The notes beneath the pieces were generated by a model, which had not been told where the DNA came from, did no database searches, and saw nothing but the letters and a program-made list of their open reading frames with translations. Below, piece after piece: positions 34,731 to 42,749 of a stretch of DNA of 64,000 nt (position 1 is its first letter; the number at the start of each line of letters is the position of its first letter). The translations under genes and the position numbers were made by a program. This DNA comes from an uncultured Novosphingobium sp. (lineage in GTDB: Bacteria; Pseudomonadota; Alphaproteobacteria; Sphingomonadales; Sphingomonadaceae): assembly GCA_937864195.1 (NCBI GenBank), contig CALMJG010000020.1:945-64944 (forward strand). The letters run 5' to 3'.

Positions 34731-34746
34731 TGGCACGGCGCTTGCT
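34731..34746 (+). promoter_or_regulatory. Sigma-54 (-24/-12) promoter for the flgB operon
   Basis: TGGCACGGCGCTTGCT is a perfect TGGCAC-N5-TTGC, 34 nt upstream of the flgB ATG. It differs at one position from the slt promoter. Confidence 0.75.
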
Positions 34747-34779
34747 GTGAAGGGCGCAGGATTATCAGGAGCATCGGCC

Positions 34780-35127
34780 ATGGCCAGCACACTGTTCGGA
34801 ATTCACGGCGCCGCCCTGGAACTGCGTTCGCAGCGCATGGGGATGATCGCCGGCAATATCGCCAATGCCGCAACGCCGGGCTACAAGGCGCGCGACCTGG
34901 ATTTCGCTGCCGCGCTGAAGGCGCGGATGGGCGGCGCGGATGCCGACGCGGCGGTCGGCGGCGCGACCCGCTACCGCGTGCCGGTGATGCCCAGCATGGA
35001 TGGCAACACGGTGGAGATGGCCACCGAGCAGACCGCCTTTGCCGAAAACGCCGTCGGCTATCAGGCGACGCTCAGCTTCCTGCGCGGGCGGATCGACACC
35101 CTGACCCGCGCGCTGAAGGGCGACTGA
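34780..35127 (+). CDS. flgB: Flagellar basal-body rod protein FlgB
   Basis: Start trimmed to ATG 34780 (RBS CAGGAG). IAGNIANAATPGYKARD rod-protein N-terminal motif. Confidence 0.9.
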   Translation: MASTLFGIHGAALELRSQRMGMIAGNIANAATPGYKARDLDFAAALKARMGGADADAAVGGATRYRVPVMPSMDGNTVEMATEQTAFAENAVGYQATLSFLRGRIDTLTRALKGD

Positions 35128-35129
35128 CC

Positions 35130-35537
35130 ATGGCCCAGCCGCCCCTGACCATGTTCGACATGGCCCGCCGCGCGATGTCCGCCCAGCTGGTGCGGATGAA
35201 CGCGGCCTCGTCCAACCTCGCCAACGCGGGGTCGGTCGCGGGCAGCGAGCAGGCCGCCTATCGCCCGATCCGCGCGGTCTTTGCCGAGCAGCTCGATACG
35301 GCAAGCGGCCTGTCGACCGTGCGGGTCGACGCCGTGGTCCGCAGCGATGCCGCGCCGATCCGGCAGCACGATCCCGATCACCCCCTGGCCGATGCCGAGG
35401 GCATGGTCTGGACCGCCCCGGTCGATGAAAACGCCGAGATGGTCGAGATGCTCGATGCCTCGCGCCAGTACCAGAACCTGGTCGAGGCGCTGTCTACCGC
35501 CAAGCAACTGATGCTCGAAACGATGAGGATGAAATGA
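35130..35537 (+). CDS. flgC: Flagellar basal-body rod protein FlgC
   Basis: Start trimmed to ATG 35130. Motifs ASSNLANAGS… and C-terminal EMVEMLDASRQYQNLVEALSTAKQLMLETMRM. Confidence 0.9.
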   Translation: MAQPPLTMFDMARRAMSAQLVRMNAASSNLANAGSVAGSEQAAYRPIRAVFAEQLDTASGLSTVRVDAVVRSDAAPIRQHDPDHPLADAEGMVWTAPVDENAEMVEMLDASRQYQNLVEALSTAKQLMLETMRMK

Positions 35538-35854
35538 CCGTCACTTCCGTAACTTCCGCAGGGCAGGCATGGTCCGGCCCCGCCGCCGCCAAAACAGCAC
35601 TCGGCCAGACCGACTTCATCCGCCTGATGACCGAGCAGATGAAGATGCAGGACCCGATGGACCCGGTCGATAACAAGGAGATGGTCGCCCAGATGGCGCA
35701 GTTCTCCTCGCTCGCCGGGATCGAGGGCATCAATTCGACGCTGAAGGGCATTGCCGCCCAGCTCGACCAGGTGATGGCCGCCCAGACCGCCGCCGCACCC
35801 GCCCCTGCCGCCGCATCCACCTCCGATCCCGCCGCCAATCCCGCAACCGCCTGA
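35534..35854 (+). CDS. flgD: Flagellar hook capping/scaffold protein FlgD, N-terminal-domain-only form
   Basis: 106 aa. FlgD N-domain sequence LGQTDFIRLMTEQMKMQDPMDPVDNKEMVAQMAQFSSLAGI, then an Ala/Pro-rich tail. There is no room for the C-terminal Tudor/Ig-like domains. Confidence 0.8.
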   Translation: MTVTSVTSAGQAWSGPAAAKTALGQTDFIRLMTEQMKMQDPMDPVDNKEMVAQMAQFSSLAGIEGINSTLKGIAAQLDQVMAAQTAAAPAPAAASTSDPAANPATA

Positions 35855-35868
35855 CCCAGGAGAACCCC

Positions 35869-36684
35869 ATGTCCTTCTACACTTCGCTGAACGGGCTGAA
35901 GAACGCCCAGACCGAGCTTTCGGTGATCTCCAACAACCTTGCCAATGCGGAAAGCACCGGTTTCAAGAAAAGCCGCGTCAACTTTGCCGATATCGTCTCG
36001 GGCACGGCCTCGACCAATCCGCGCATGACCAAGGGGATCGGTTCGACCGTCCAGTCGATCGACCAGGACTTTGCGCTCGGCCCGATCCAGCAGACGGGAT
36101 CGGCGCTGGACCTGGCGATCAACGGCGAAGGCTTCTTCGCCAAGGTCAGCCCGGTTTCGGGCAAGACCTTCTACACCCGCAACGGCAACTTCTCGATGGA
36201 GGGCGCGGGCTATATCGCGGATTCCACCGGCAACCGGCTGCAGGTCCTGCCGGTCAATGCCGCGGGCGCGGTCATTCCCAACGCCCCGCCGGTCGATGCC
36301 CAGGTGCCGCTGACCAATGCGGCGGGTTCGGAATTCCTCAACGCCACGATCCAGCCGGACGGCTCGCTCTACGCCGCCTATGCGGATGGCAGCACGCAGG
36401 TGGTCGGCAAGGTCGCGCTGGCCAGCTTCGTCGCGCCGGGGGGGCTGCTCCAGGTCGGTGCGCAGAACTGGCAGGCGACCGGCATTTCCGGCGCTGCCAC
36501 CTATGGCGAGCCGGGCGCATCGCGGTTTGGCACGCTGCTGTCGGGCAACCTGGAACAGTCCAACGTCGACATTGCCGAGGAAATGGTCGGGCTGATCACT
36601 GCCCAGCGCTATTTCCAGGCCAATGCCAAGGCGATCGATACCGCGACCCAGCTGTCGCAGACGATCATCAACCTGCGCAGCTGA
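35869..36684 (+). CDS. flgE: Flagellar hook protein FlgE (unusually short)
   Basis: 271 aa. N-terminus MSFYTSLNGLKNAQTELSVISNNLANAESTGFK. C-terminus LEQSNVDIAEEMVGLITAQRYFQANAKAIDTATQLSQTIINLR. It sits at the flgE position between flgD and flgF. Confidence 0.8.
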   Translation: MSFYTSLNGLKNAQTELSVISNNLANAESTGFKKSRVNFADIVSGTASTNPRMTKGIGSTVQSIDQDFALGPIQQTGSALDLAINGEGFFAKVSPVSGKTFYTRNGNFSMEGAGYIADSTGNRLQVLPVNAAGAVIPNAPPVDAQVPLTNAAGSEFLNATIQPDGSLYAAYADGSTQVVGKVALASFVAPGGLLQVGAQNWQATGISGAATYGEPGASRFGTLLSGNLEQSNVDIAEEMVGLITAQRYFQANAKAIDTATQLSQTIINLRS

Positions 36685-36690
36685 TAGGCC

Positions 36691-37434
36691 ATGGACCGGC
36701 TGATCTGGACGGCGGTTTCCGGCATGTCGGCCTCGATGGCCCGGCAGCGGGTGATCGCCAGCAACATGGCCAACGCCCAGACCATCGGCTTTCGCGCCGA
36801 AGTCATGCAGTTCACGCCGATGACGCTGAAAGGCCCCAGCCTGGAAGCGCGCGCGCTGAGCGACGCGGCGGTGCGCGGCGCGTCGATGGCGGTGGGGGCG
36901 ATGATCCCCACCGGCCGCGCGCTCGATGTCGCGGCGCAGGGCGCGGCGATGCTGGCCGTCCAGGCCGCCGATGGCGGCGAGGCCTATACCCGGCGGGGCG
37001 ATCTGGCCGTCTCTCCCAACGGGCTGCTCGTGAATGGCGAGGGCGCGCCGGTGCTTGGCGAGGACGGCCCGATTGCCGTGCCGCCCGGCAGCGACGCCTC
37101 CATCGCCGAGGACGGGGCCGTGCTGCTGCGCGACCGCGCCAACCCGGAAGCCCCGCCGCAGCGGATCGGCCAGCTCAAGCTCGCCTCGCCGCAGGGCAGC
37201 CGGATCGAAAAGGGCCTCGACGGGCTGTTCCGCGTGGTCGGCGGCGGCGCCCTGCCCACCGATGCGGCGGCCCGCCTGCTGACCGGCACGCTGGAACAAT
37301 CCAACGTGAAGCCCACCGAAGTGCTGGTCGAGATGGTCGAGGCCCAGCGCCTCTTCGACATGCGCACCAAGCTGGTCGCGACCGCCAAGGAAATCGACGA
37401 AGGCGGCGCCAGCCTGATGCGGATCAACGGATAA
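36691..37434 (+). CDS. flgF: Flagellar basal-body rod protein FlgF
   Basis: 247 aa. Rod motifs NMANAQTIGFRA… and C-terminal LEQSNVKPTEVLVEMVEAQRLFDMRTKL. Confidence 0.85.
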   Translation: MDRLIWTAVSGMSASMARQRVIASNMANAQTIGFRAEVMQFTPMTLKGPSLEARALSDAAVRGASMAVGAMIPTGRALDVAAQGAAMLAVQAADGGEAYTRRGDLAVSPNGLLVNGEGAPVLGEDGPIAVPPGSDASIAEDGAVLLRDRANPEAPPQRIGQLKLASPQGSRIEKGLDGLFRVVGGGALPTDAAARLLTGTLEQSNVKPTEVLVEMVEAQRLFDMRTKLVATAKEIDEGGASLMRING

Positions 37435-37448
37435 AGGACTGAAAGACG

Positions 37449-38237
37449 ATGCCCAGTTCCGCCCTTCACGTCGCCCGCACGGGCCTCGAAGCGCAGGACG
37501 CGCGGATGCGCGTGATCGCCAATAACCTCGCCAATATCGGCACCACCGGCTTCAAGCGCGACCGCGCCAATTTCGCGACGCTCGCCTATCAGGACGCGCG
37601 GGTGGCGGGCCAGCAAAGCTCGAACGAGACGGCCTATGCCACGGGCGTGAACCTGGGGACCGGGGTGTCGATCCAGTCGACCACTTCGATCACCACGCAG
37701 GGCACGCTCAATCCCACCGGCAACGCGCTGGACATGGCGCTCGACGGCGATGGCTATTTCCAGGTGCAGCTGCCCGGCGGGCGGCTGGGCTATACCCGCG
37801 CGGGCAATTTTACCCGTTCCGCCGAGGGCCAGCTGGTCACCGCGCAGGGCTATGCCGTCCAGCCGCCGATCACCATTCCCGAAGGGGCGAGCGGAGTGAC
37901 TGTCGGCCCGGACGGCACCGTTTCCGTCACCGTGGCGGGCAGCACGGCGCCGACCGAGCTGGGCCAGATCACCGTCGCCAGCTTCGCCAATCCGGCGGGT
38001 CTGCAGGCGCTGGGCGACAACTACCTGTCCGAAACCGCCGCCAGCGGCGCCGCGCAGCTGGGTGCGCCGGGCGATGGCGGGCGCGGCAACCTGCGCCAGG
38101 GGATGCTGGAGGCCTCCAACGTCAACGTGGTCGAGGAACTGGTCGACATGATCGAATGCCAGCGCGCCTACGAGATCAATTCCAAGATGATCAGCGCCGT
38201 CGACGAGATGCTGCGCAACGCGAACCAGACCCTGTGA
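37449..38237 (+). CDS. flgG: Flagellar distal rod protein FlgG
   Basis: 262 aa. ALHVARTGLEAQDARMRVIANNLANIGTTGFKRDRA and C-terminal LEASNVNVVEELVDMIECQRAYEINSKMI. Confidence 0.9.
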   Translation: MPSSALHVARTGLEAQDARMRVIANNLANIGTTGFKRDRANFATLAYQDARVAGQQSSNETAYATGVNLGTGVSIQSTTSITTQGTLNPTGNALDMALDGDGYFQVQLPGGRLGYTRAGNFTRSAEGQLVTAQGYAVQPPITIPEGASGVTVGPDGTVSVTVAGSTAPTELGQITVASFANPAGLQALGDNYLSETAASGAAQLGAPGDGGRGNLRQGMLEASNVNVVEELVDMIECQRAYEINSKMISAVDEMLRNANQTL

Positions 38238-38248
38238 GGAAGCCTACG

Positions 38249-38950
38249 ATGCCGCAGGCCATCGCCAGTGAACGCCCCTCCCGCTTTCGGGAGGGGAGTC
38301 TATGGGCAGCGGCGCTTTGCGCGCTGGCTTTGTCCACGCCCGCCCTCGCCAAGAAGCCCAAGCCCGGCTTCGAACCCGCCTTGCCCGCGCCGCCGCCGCC
38401 AGCCCCGCGCGCGGCGGACGGGGCGATCTTCAACGTCTCGGCCGGCTACGCCCCGCTTTACACCGGGCACCGCGCCCGCGCGGTGGGCGATCCGGTGACG
38501 ATCCTGCTGGTCGAGAACTTCACCACGTCCAAGTCCTCTGGCAGCAAGACCGAGCGCGGCGGCGGAGCCTCGATCACCCCGCCCACCGCCGGGCCGCTGG
38601 GCTTCCTCAATCCCGACGCCCTTAAAGCCAGCAGCCAGTCGTCGTTCAAGGGACAGGGCAATGCCACCCAGACCAGCACCCTGTCGGGCGAAGTCTCGGT
38701 GACGATTGCCGAAGTGCGGCCAAACGGGACCGCCCTGCTACGCGGAGAAAAACGCTTGCTGCTGAGCCAGGGCCAGGAATGGATCCAGTTTTCCGGGATC
38801 GTGCGCCTGGCCGACCTCGATTCGGACAGCCGCGTGGCCTCGACCCGGGTCGCAGACGCGCGGATCGAATATGCCGGCAACGGCTCGATCGCGCGCGCCG
38901 GGCGGGAAGGCTGGCTGTCCAAATTCTTCAACATCGTCAGTCCGTTCTGA
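38249..38950 (+). CDS. flgH: Flagellar L-ring protein FlgH
   Basis: Start trimmed to ATG 38249. Core motifs AVGDPVTILLVENF… and …RIEYAGNGSI…. Confidence 0.9.
   Translation: MPQAIASERPSRFREGSLWAAALCALALSTPALAKKPKPGFEPALPAPPPPAPRAADGAIFNVSAGYAPLYTGHRARAVGDPVTILLVENFTTSKSSGSKTERGGGASITPPTAGPLGFLNPDALKASSQSSFKGQGNATQTSTLSGEVSVTIAEVRPNGTALLRGEKRLLLSQGQEWIQFSGIVRLADLDSDSRVASTRVADARIEYAGNGSIARAGREGWLSKFFNIVSPF
38275..38296 (+). repeat. CCCTCCC/GGGAGGG-class hairpin inside the flgH 5' coding region
   Basis: CCCCTCCCG-cttt-CGGGAGGGG, a 9-bp perfect stem, 27-48 nt after the ATG. Confidence 0.8.
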
Positions 38951-38957
38951 GGAGATC

Positions 38958-40115
38958 ATGATGTTGAATTCGATGCTGCAAGCCATCGCCCCCTTTCTCC
39001 CATCCCGCTTGCGGGAGGGGAGAAGGTTGGCAGCGGCGCTGTGCGCGCTGGCGGTCGCTCTGGCACCCGCAGTTGTCCATGCCGAACGCGTGCGCGATCT
39101 TGGCACGTTCCAGGGCGTGCGCACCAACCAGCTGACCGGCTACGGCCTGGTCGTCGGGCTGAATGGCACGGGCGATGACAGCCTTGAATACGTCACCCAG
39201 GCGATGCGCGGCGTTTCGGGCCGGGTCGGAGTGCAATTGCCGCCCGGCGTCAATCCTGCCCTCAAGAACGCCGCCGCCGTGATCGTCACGGCCGACCTGC
39301 CCGCCTTCGCCAAGCCGGGGCAGCGGATCGACGTGACCGTATCGGCGCTGGGCAAGGCCAAGTCCCTGCGCGGCGGGGCGCTGATCATGACCCCGCTCTA
39401 CGGCGCGGACGGGCAGATCTATGCGATGAGCCAGGGCAACCTGGCGGTCGGCGGCCTCGGCATTTCCGGCGCGGACGGATCGAAGCTGACGGTCAATATC
39501 CCGACCGTTGGCCGGATCGCGGACGGCGCCAGCGTGGAGCGCGCGGTCGCCACCGGGTTCGACAGCGCAGACCTGCTGCGCTGGAACCTGTTCCAGTCCG
39601 ATTTCCTGACCGCCACCCGCGTGCGCGACGCGATCAACCGGCGCTGGCCCGGCACCGCGAGTGTCGAGGACGGCGTTACCCTGGCCCTGCGCCTCCCCGC
39701 CGAGACCGATGCGCGCGCGGCGATGATCGCAGGGATCGAGATGCTGGACGTGACCCCGGCGGAAACCGCCGCTCGGGTGATCGTCAACAGCCGCACCGGC
39801 ACCGTGGTGATCAACAGCGCGGTGCGGCTCTATCCGGCGGCGATCAGCCACGGCAAGCTGACCGTGCGGGTCGATGAAAGCCCCAAGGTGGTCCAGCCCG
39901 GGCCGCTCAGCCGGGGCCAGACCCAGGTCCAGCAGGACAGCACCCTGTCCGCCGAGGAAGCCGGGGATTCGGTGGTCCACTTCAAGCCCGGCGCCTCGCT
40001 CGCCCGGCTGGTCGATGCGCTCAACCTGCTGGGCACCAGCCCGTCCGATCTGGTCGCGATCCTTGAGGCGCTGAAACAGGCCGGGGCACTGAAAGCGGAA
40101 ATGGTGGTGATATGA
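38958..40115 (+). CDS. flgI: Flagellar P-ring protein FlgI
   Basis: Start set at the first of three close in-frame ATGs (38958/38961/38973), after RBS GAGGAG. Signal peptide ending VVHA, followed by ERVRDLGTFQGVRTNQLTGYGLVVGLNGTGD. Confidence 0.9.
   Translation: MMLNSMLQAIAPFLPSRLREGRRLAAALCALAVALAPAVVHAERVRDLGTFQGVRTNQLTGYGLVVGLNGTGDDSLEYVTQAMRGVSGRVGVQLPPGVNPALKNAAAVIVTADLPAFAKPGQRIDVTVSALGKAKSLRGGALIMTPLYGADGQIYAMSQGNLAVGGLGISGADGSKLTVNIPTVGRIADGASVERAVATGFDSADLLRWNLFQSDFLTATRVRDAINRRWPGTASVEDGVTLALRLPAETDARAAMIAGIEMLDVTPAETAARVIVNSRTGTVVINSAVRLYPAAISHGKLTVRVDESPKVVQPGPLSRGQTQVQQDSTLSAEEAGDSVVHFKPGASLARLVDALNLLGTSPSDLVAILEALKQAGALKAEMVVI
38997..39022 (+). repeat. CCCTCCC/GGGAGGG-class hairpin inside the flgI 5' coding region
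   Basis: CTCCCATCCCGC-tt-GCGGGAGGGGAG, a 12-bp stem with one mismatch. Its position is equivalent to the flgH hairpin. Confidence 0.75.
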
Positions 40116-40417
40116 CGCTGTCCCTCACTCACGCCGCTACCGCGCCAGCCGCCCCGCCATCGCCCGAGCGCCAGAAGCTGGCGCAGGCCGCAAGGCAGTT
40201 CGAGGCGATCTTCGTGCGCCAGATGCTCAGCAGCGCGCGCAAGGCCGATTTCGGCGGCGATGTGCTGGGCGGCCAGGGCCTCGACACCTTCCGCACCATG
40301 CAGGACGAACGCTTTGCCGACATCGCCGCCGAAACCGGGGCGTTCGGCATGGCAAGGATGATCGAACTGCAACTTGCCACGCAAGTTGCCCCGCCGTCCC
40401 GTTCGGGCCGGGAGTGA
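40112..40417 (+). CDS. flgJ: Rod-binding protein (FlgJ N-terminal domain only, no muramidase domain)
   Basis: 101 aa. Rod-binding motif AARQFEAIFVRQMLSSARKADFGGD…DTFRTMQDERFADIAAETGAFGMARMI. ATGA overlap with the flgI stop. Confidence 0.8.
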   Translation: MTLSLTHAATAPAAPPSPERQKLAQAARQFEAIFVRQMLSSARKADFGGDVLGGQGLDTFRTMQDERFADIAAETGAFGMARMIELQLATQVAPPSRSGRE

Positions 40418-40423
40418 TAACTG

Positions 40424-41761
40424 ATGGCCTCCGATCTTTTCACCATCGGCTCCAGCGGGATCAGGGCGGCGCGCGCCGCGCTGGACATTACCGCGCAGAA
40501 CATCGCCAATGCCTCGACCGAGGGCTATGTCCGCCGCTCGGTGGAGCTGTCGGAGCTGTCCACCGCTGGCGGCTACAACCGCATCAGCGACATTTCGCTG
40601 TCGGGCGTGCGGGTTGACGGGATCGCCCGCAATGCCGACGCGTTCCGCCAGGGCGAGGTTCGCCGCACCGGCAGCGATGCCGCGCGCGCCGGGGCCGAAC
40701 TTGCGGGGCTGGAAAGCGCCGGGACCGCGCTGGAACAGTCGAAGCTCTACCCCGCCCTGACCGGCTTCGAAGCCTCGCTCCAGCGGCTGGCCAGCGATCC
40801 GGTTGACCCCGCGCTGCGCGCCGCCGTGCTGGAGGACGCGCGCACCCTGACCCGCACTTTCGCCATTGCCGCGCAGGGGCTGGACGAGGCCGCCAATGGC
40901 CTGCGTTTCGAAGCGCAGGACGGCACCGCGCAGGTCAATCTGCTCGCGGGGGAACTGGCCCGCACCAACGTCCAGTTGATCCGCACCCGCCCCGGAACCA
41001 GCGACCAGGCGACCCTGCTCGACCAGCGCGACAGCCTGCTGGATCGCCTGTCCGAATTCACCGGTGTTTCCGCCACTTTCAATGCCAACCAGACGGTCGA
41101 GGTGCGCCTGGGCGGCAGTGCCGGACCGCTGCTGGTCAGCGGCGCCAACACCGCCAGCTTCGCCATGACCACGGCCGCAGACGGCACGATCGGCTTCACG
41201 CTGGACGGCAATCCGGTGGCGCTGCCCGCCGGATCGCTGGCCGGAAAGGCCCAGGCGCTGGTCAGCCTGCGCGATACCCGGACCAGCCTGGATGGCCTGG
41301 CCGATGCCCTGATCTCGGCCGCGAACGGCGCGCAGGCCAATGGCACTGCGCTGGACGGCACGCCCGGCCCGCCGCTGTTTTCCGGCAGTGGCGCGGCGGG
41401 CATCACCGTGGCGCTCTCCTCCGGCAGCGCCATCGCCACGGCTCCGGCGGGAGCGCCTGCGGGGAGCCGCGACATCGCGGGCCTCAATGCGCTGCGCGGC
41501 GCGCTGGATAGCGCCGACATTGCGGGCGGCACCAGCGGCCTGATCTTTTCCGTATCCAGCGCCGCCGCCGGGCGACGAGTCACCTCCGACGCACTCGATG
41601 CCATTGCCGGTTCGGCCCGGATCGCGCTCGAAGCCCGCTCCGGGGTCGATCTGGAGCAGGAGGCGGTCAACCTCGTGCGCTTCCAGCAGGCGTTCCAGGC
41701 GAGCGGGCGGGCGATACAGGTTGCCTCCGACGTGTTCGACACCCTGCTGGCCCTGAAGTGA
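40424..41761 (+). CDS. flgK: Flagellar hook-associated protein 1 FlgK
   Basis: 445 aa. N-terminus LFTIGSSGIRAARAALDITAQNIANASTEGYVRR. C-terminus VDLEQEAVNLVRFQQAFQASGRAIQVASDVFDTLL. Confidence 0.85.
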   Translation: MASDLFTIGSSGIRAARAALDITAQNIANASTEGYVRRSVELSELSTAGGYNRISDISLSGVRVDGIARNADAFRQGEVRRTGSDAARAGAELAGLESAGTALEQSKLYPALTGFEASLQRLASDPVDPALRAAVLEDARTLTRTFAIAAQGLDEAANGLRFEAQDGTAQVNLLAGELARTNVQLIRTRPGTSDQATLLDQRDSLLDRLSEFTGVSATFNANQTVEVRLGGSAGPLLVSGANTASFAMTTAADGTIGFTLDGNPVALPAGSLAGKAQALVSLRDTRTSLDGLADALISAANGAQANGTALDGTPGPPLFSGSGAAGITVALSSGSAIATAPAGAPAGSRDIAGLNALRGALDSADIAGGTSGLIFSVSSAAAGRRVTSDALDAIAGSARIALEARSGVDLEQEAVNLVRFQQAFQASGRAIQVASDVFDTLLALK

Positions 41762-41789
41762 GCGCAGAAGTGAGCAAGGAGACCTGGCC

Positions 41790-42704
41790 GTGACCACGAT
41801 CAGCACCAGCGCCTTCTACGAACGCTCGACCCGCGCCATCGCGGACCTGCGCGCGCAGGCCGGGGCGCTGCAGACGGCGATCGGCACCGGGAACCGGCTG
41901 GCCCGCTCCTCCGACGATCCGGTCGCCGCCGCGCAGCTGCGCCGCATGGCCCGGGCCGAAGCCTTCGCGGCGGTCGACAAGGGTGCCGCCTCGCGCGCCA
42001 GCACCGACCTGACGCTGGCTGACAATGCCCTGTCCGAATTCGCGGGCCAGATCACCCGCGCACGGGAACTGGCGGTCCAGGCGGCCAACGGCACGCTCAG
42101 CGCCGCGCAGCGCGGCGCCATCGGCACGGAGATCAGGCAGATCGGGGCCGAATTGCTGAGCCTTGCCAATGCCCGCGACAGTGCCGGCCATGCGCTGTTC
42201 GGCGGCAATGGCCCCGGCAGCGCCTATACCGTCGATGCAGCCGGCAATCCGGTCTATGCCGGCACCGCCAGCGCGGGCGAACTGCCGCTGGGGGACGGAC
42301 TGAACGTGACGCGCGGCGTGACGGGGCCGGAATTCCTGAACTTCTCCGCCTCCGGCGGGCCGACCACCCTGTTTGCCGCGATCAAGGGGCTGGCCGATGC
42401 CTTGCAGGGCGCCGCCGCCGATCCCGCGCAGGCCGCGCGCGCTGCGCTGGGCACGCTCGATGCCGGGCTGGAGGCCGTCACCACCACGCAGACCGTGGTC
42501 GGCACGCGCCTCGTCTGGATCGATCTGGCGTCCGAACGCCGCACCGAGGCGGGCGAACTGCGCGCCGAGCAGCAGGCCGAGGTCGGCGGCGCGGATCTGG
42601 CGGAGACGATGACCCGCCTGCAACAGACCATGACCGTGCTCGAAGCCAGCCAGGCCAGCTTTGCCCGGCTTTCCAGCCTTACCTTGTTCGACCTTCTGCG
42701 CTGA
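41790..42704 (+). CDS. flgL: Flagellar hook-associated protein 3 FlgL
   Basis: 304 aa with a GTG start. Flagellin-like N and C termini (…DLAETMTRLQQTMTVLEASQASFARLSSLTLFDLL). Confidence 0.8.
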   Translation: MTTISTSAFYERSTRAIADLRAQAGALQTAIGTGNRLARSSDDPVAAAQLRRMARAEAFAAVDKGAASRASTDLTLADNALSEFAGQITRARELAVQAANGTLSAAQRGAIGTEIRQIGAELLSLANARDSAGHALFGGNGPGSAYTVDAAGNPVYAGTASAGELPLGDGLNVTRGVTGPEFLNFSASGGPTTLFAAIKGLADALQGAAADPAQAARAALGTLDAGLEAVTTTQTVVGTRLVWIDLASERRTEAGELRAEQQAEVGGADLAETMTRLQQTMTVLEASQASFARLSSLTLFDLLR

Positions 42705-42749
42705 CCGGCGCGGCCACGTTTCCTTGAATTTCAACCGGGGGTTATTGCC

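Noticed and set aside
38249-38350. Possible lipobox in FlgH (AAALC) as expected for an L-ring lipoprotein.
   Set aside because: Leu at position -1 does not fit the usual L-[AS]-[GA]-C lipobox. The same AAALCALA string occurs in the non-lipoprotein FlgI. Cleavage after ALA by signal peptidase I is equally possible, so I make no lipoprotein call.
39027-39029. Alternative model in which flgI starts at the in-frame TTG just after the hairpin, using the hairpin's GGAGG as its Shine-Dalgarno.
   Set aside because: It would give a signal peptide with no positively charged n-region. The equivalent position in flgH has no in-frame start codon, so the model cannot explain both genes. I kept it only as a comment under the flgH/flgI finding.
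42705-42749. Candidate sigma-28 promoter for canonical motA (TGAA…GCCA string before the ATG).
   Set aside because: Spacing and the -10 element do not fit the TTAA-N15-GCCGYTCT motif seen at the other four sites. motAB is more likely co-transcribed with flgKL or uses an unrecognised promoter.
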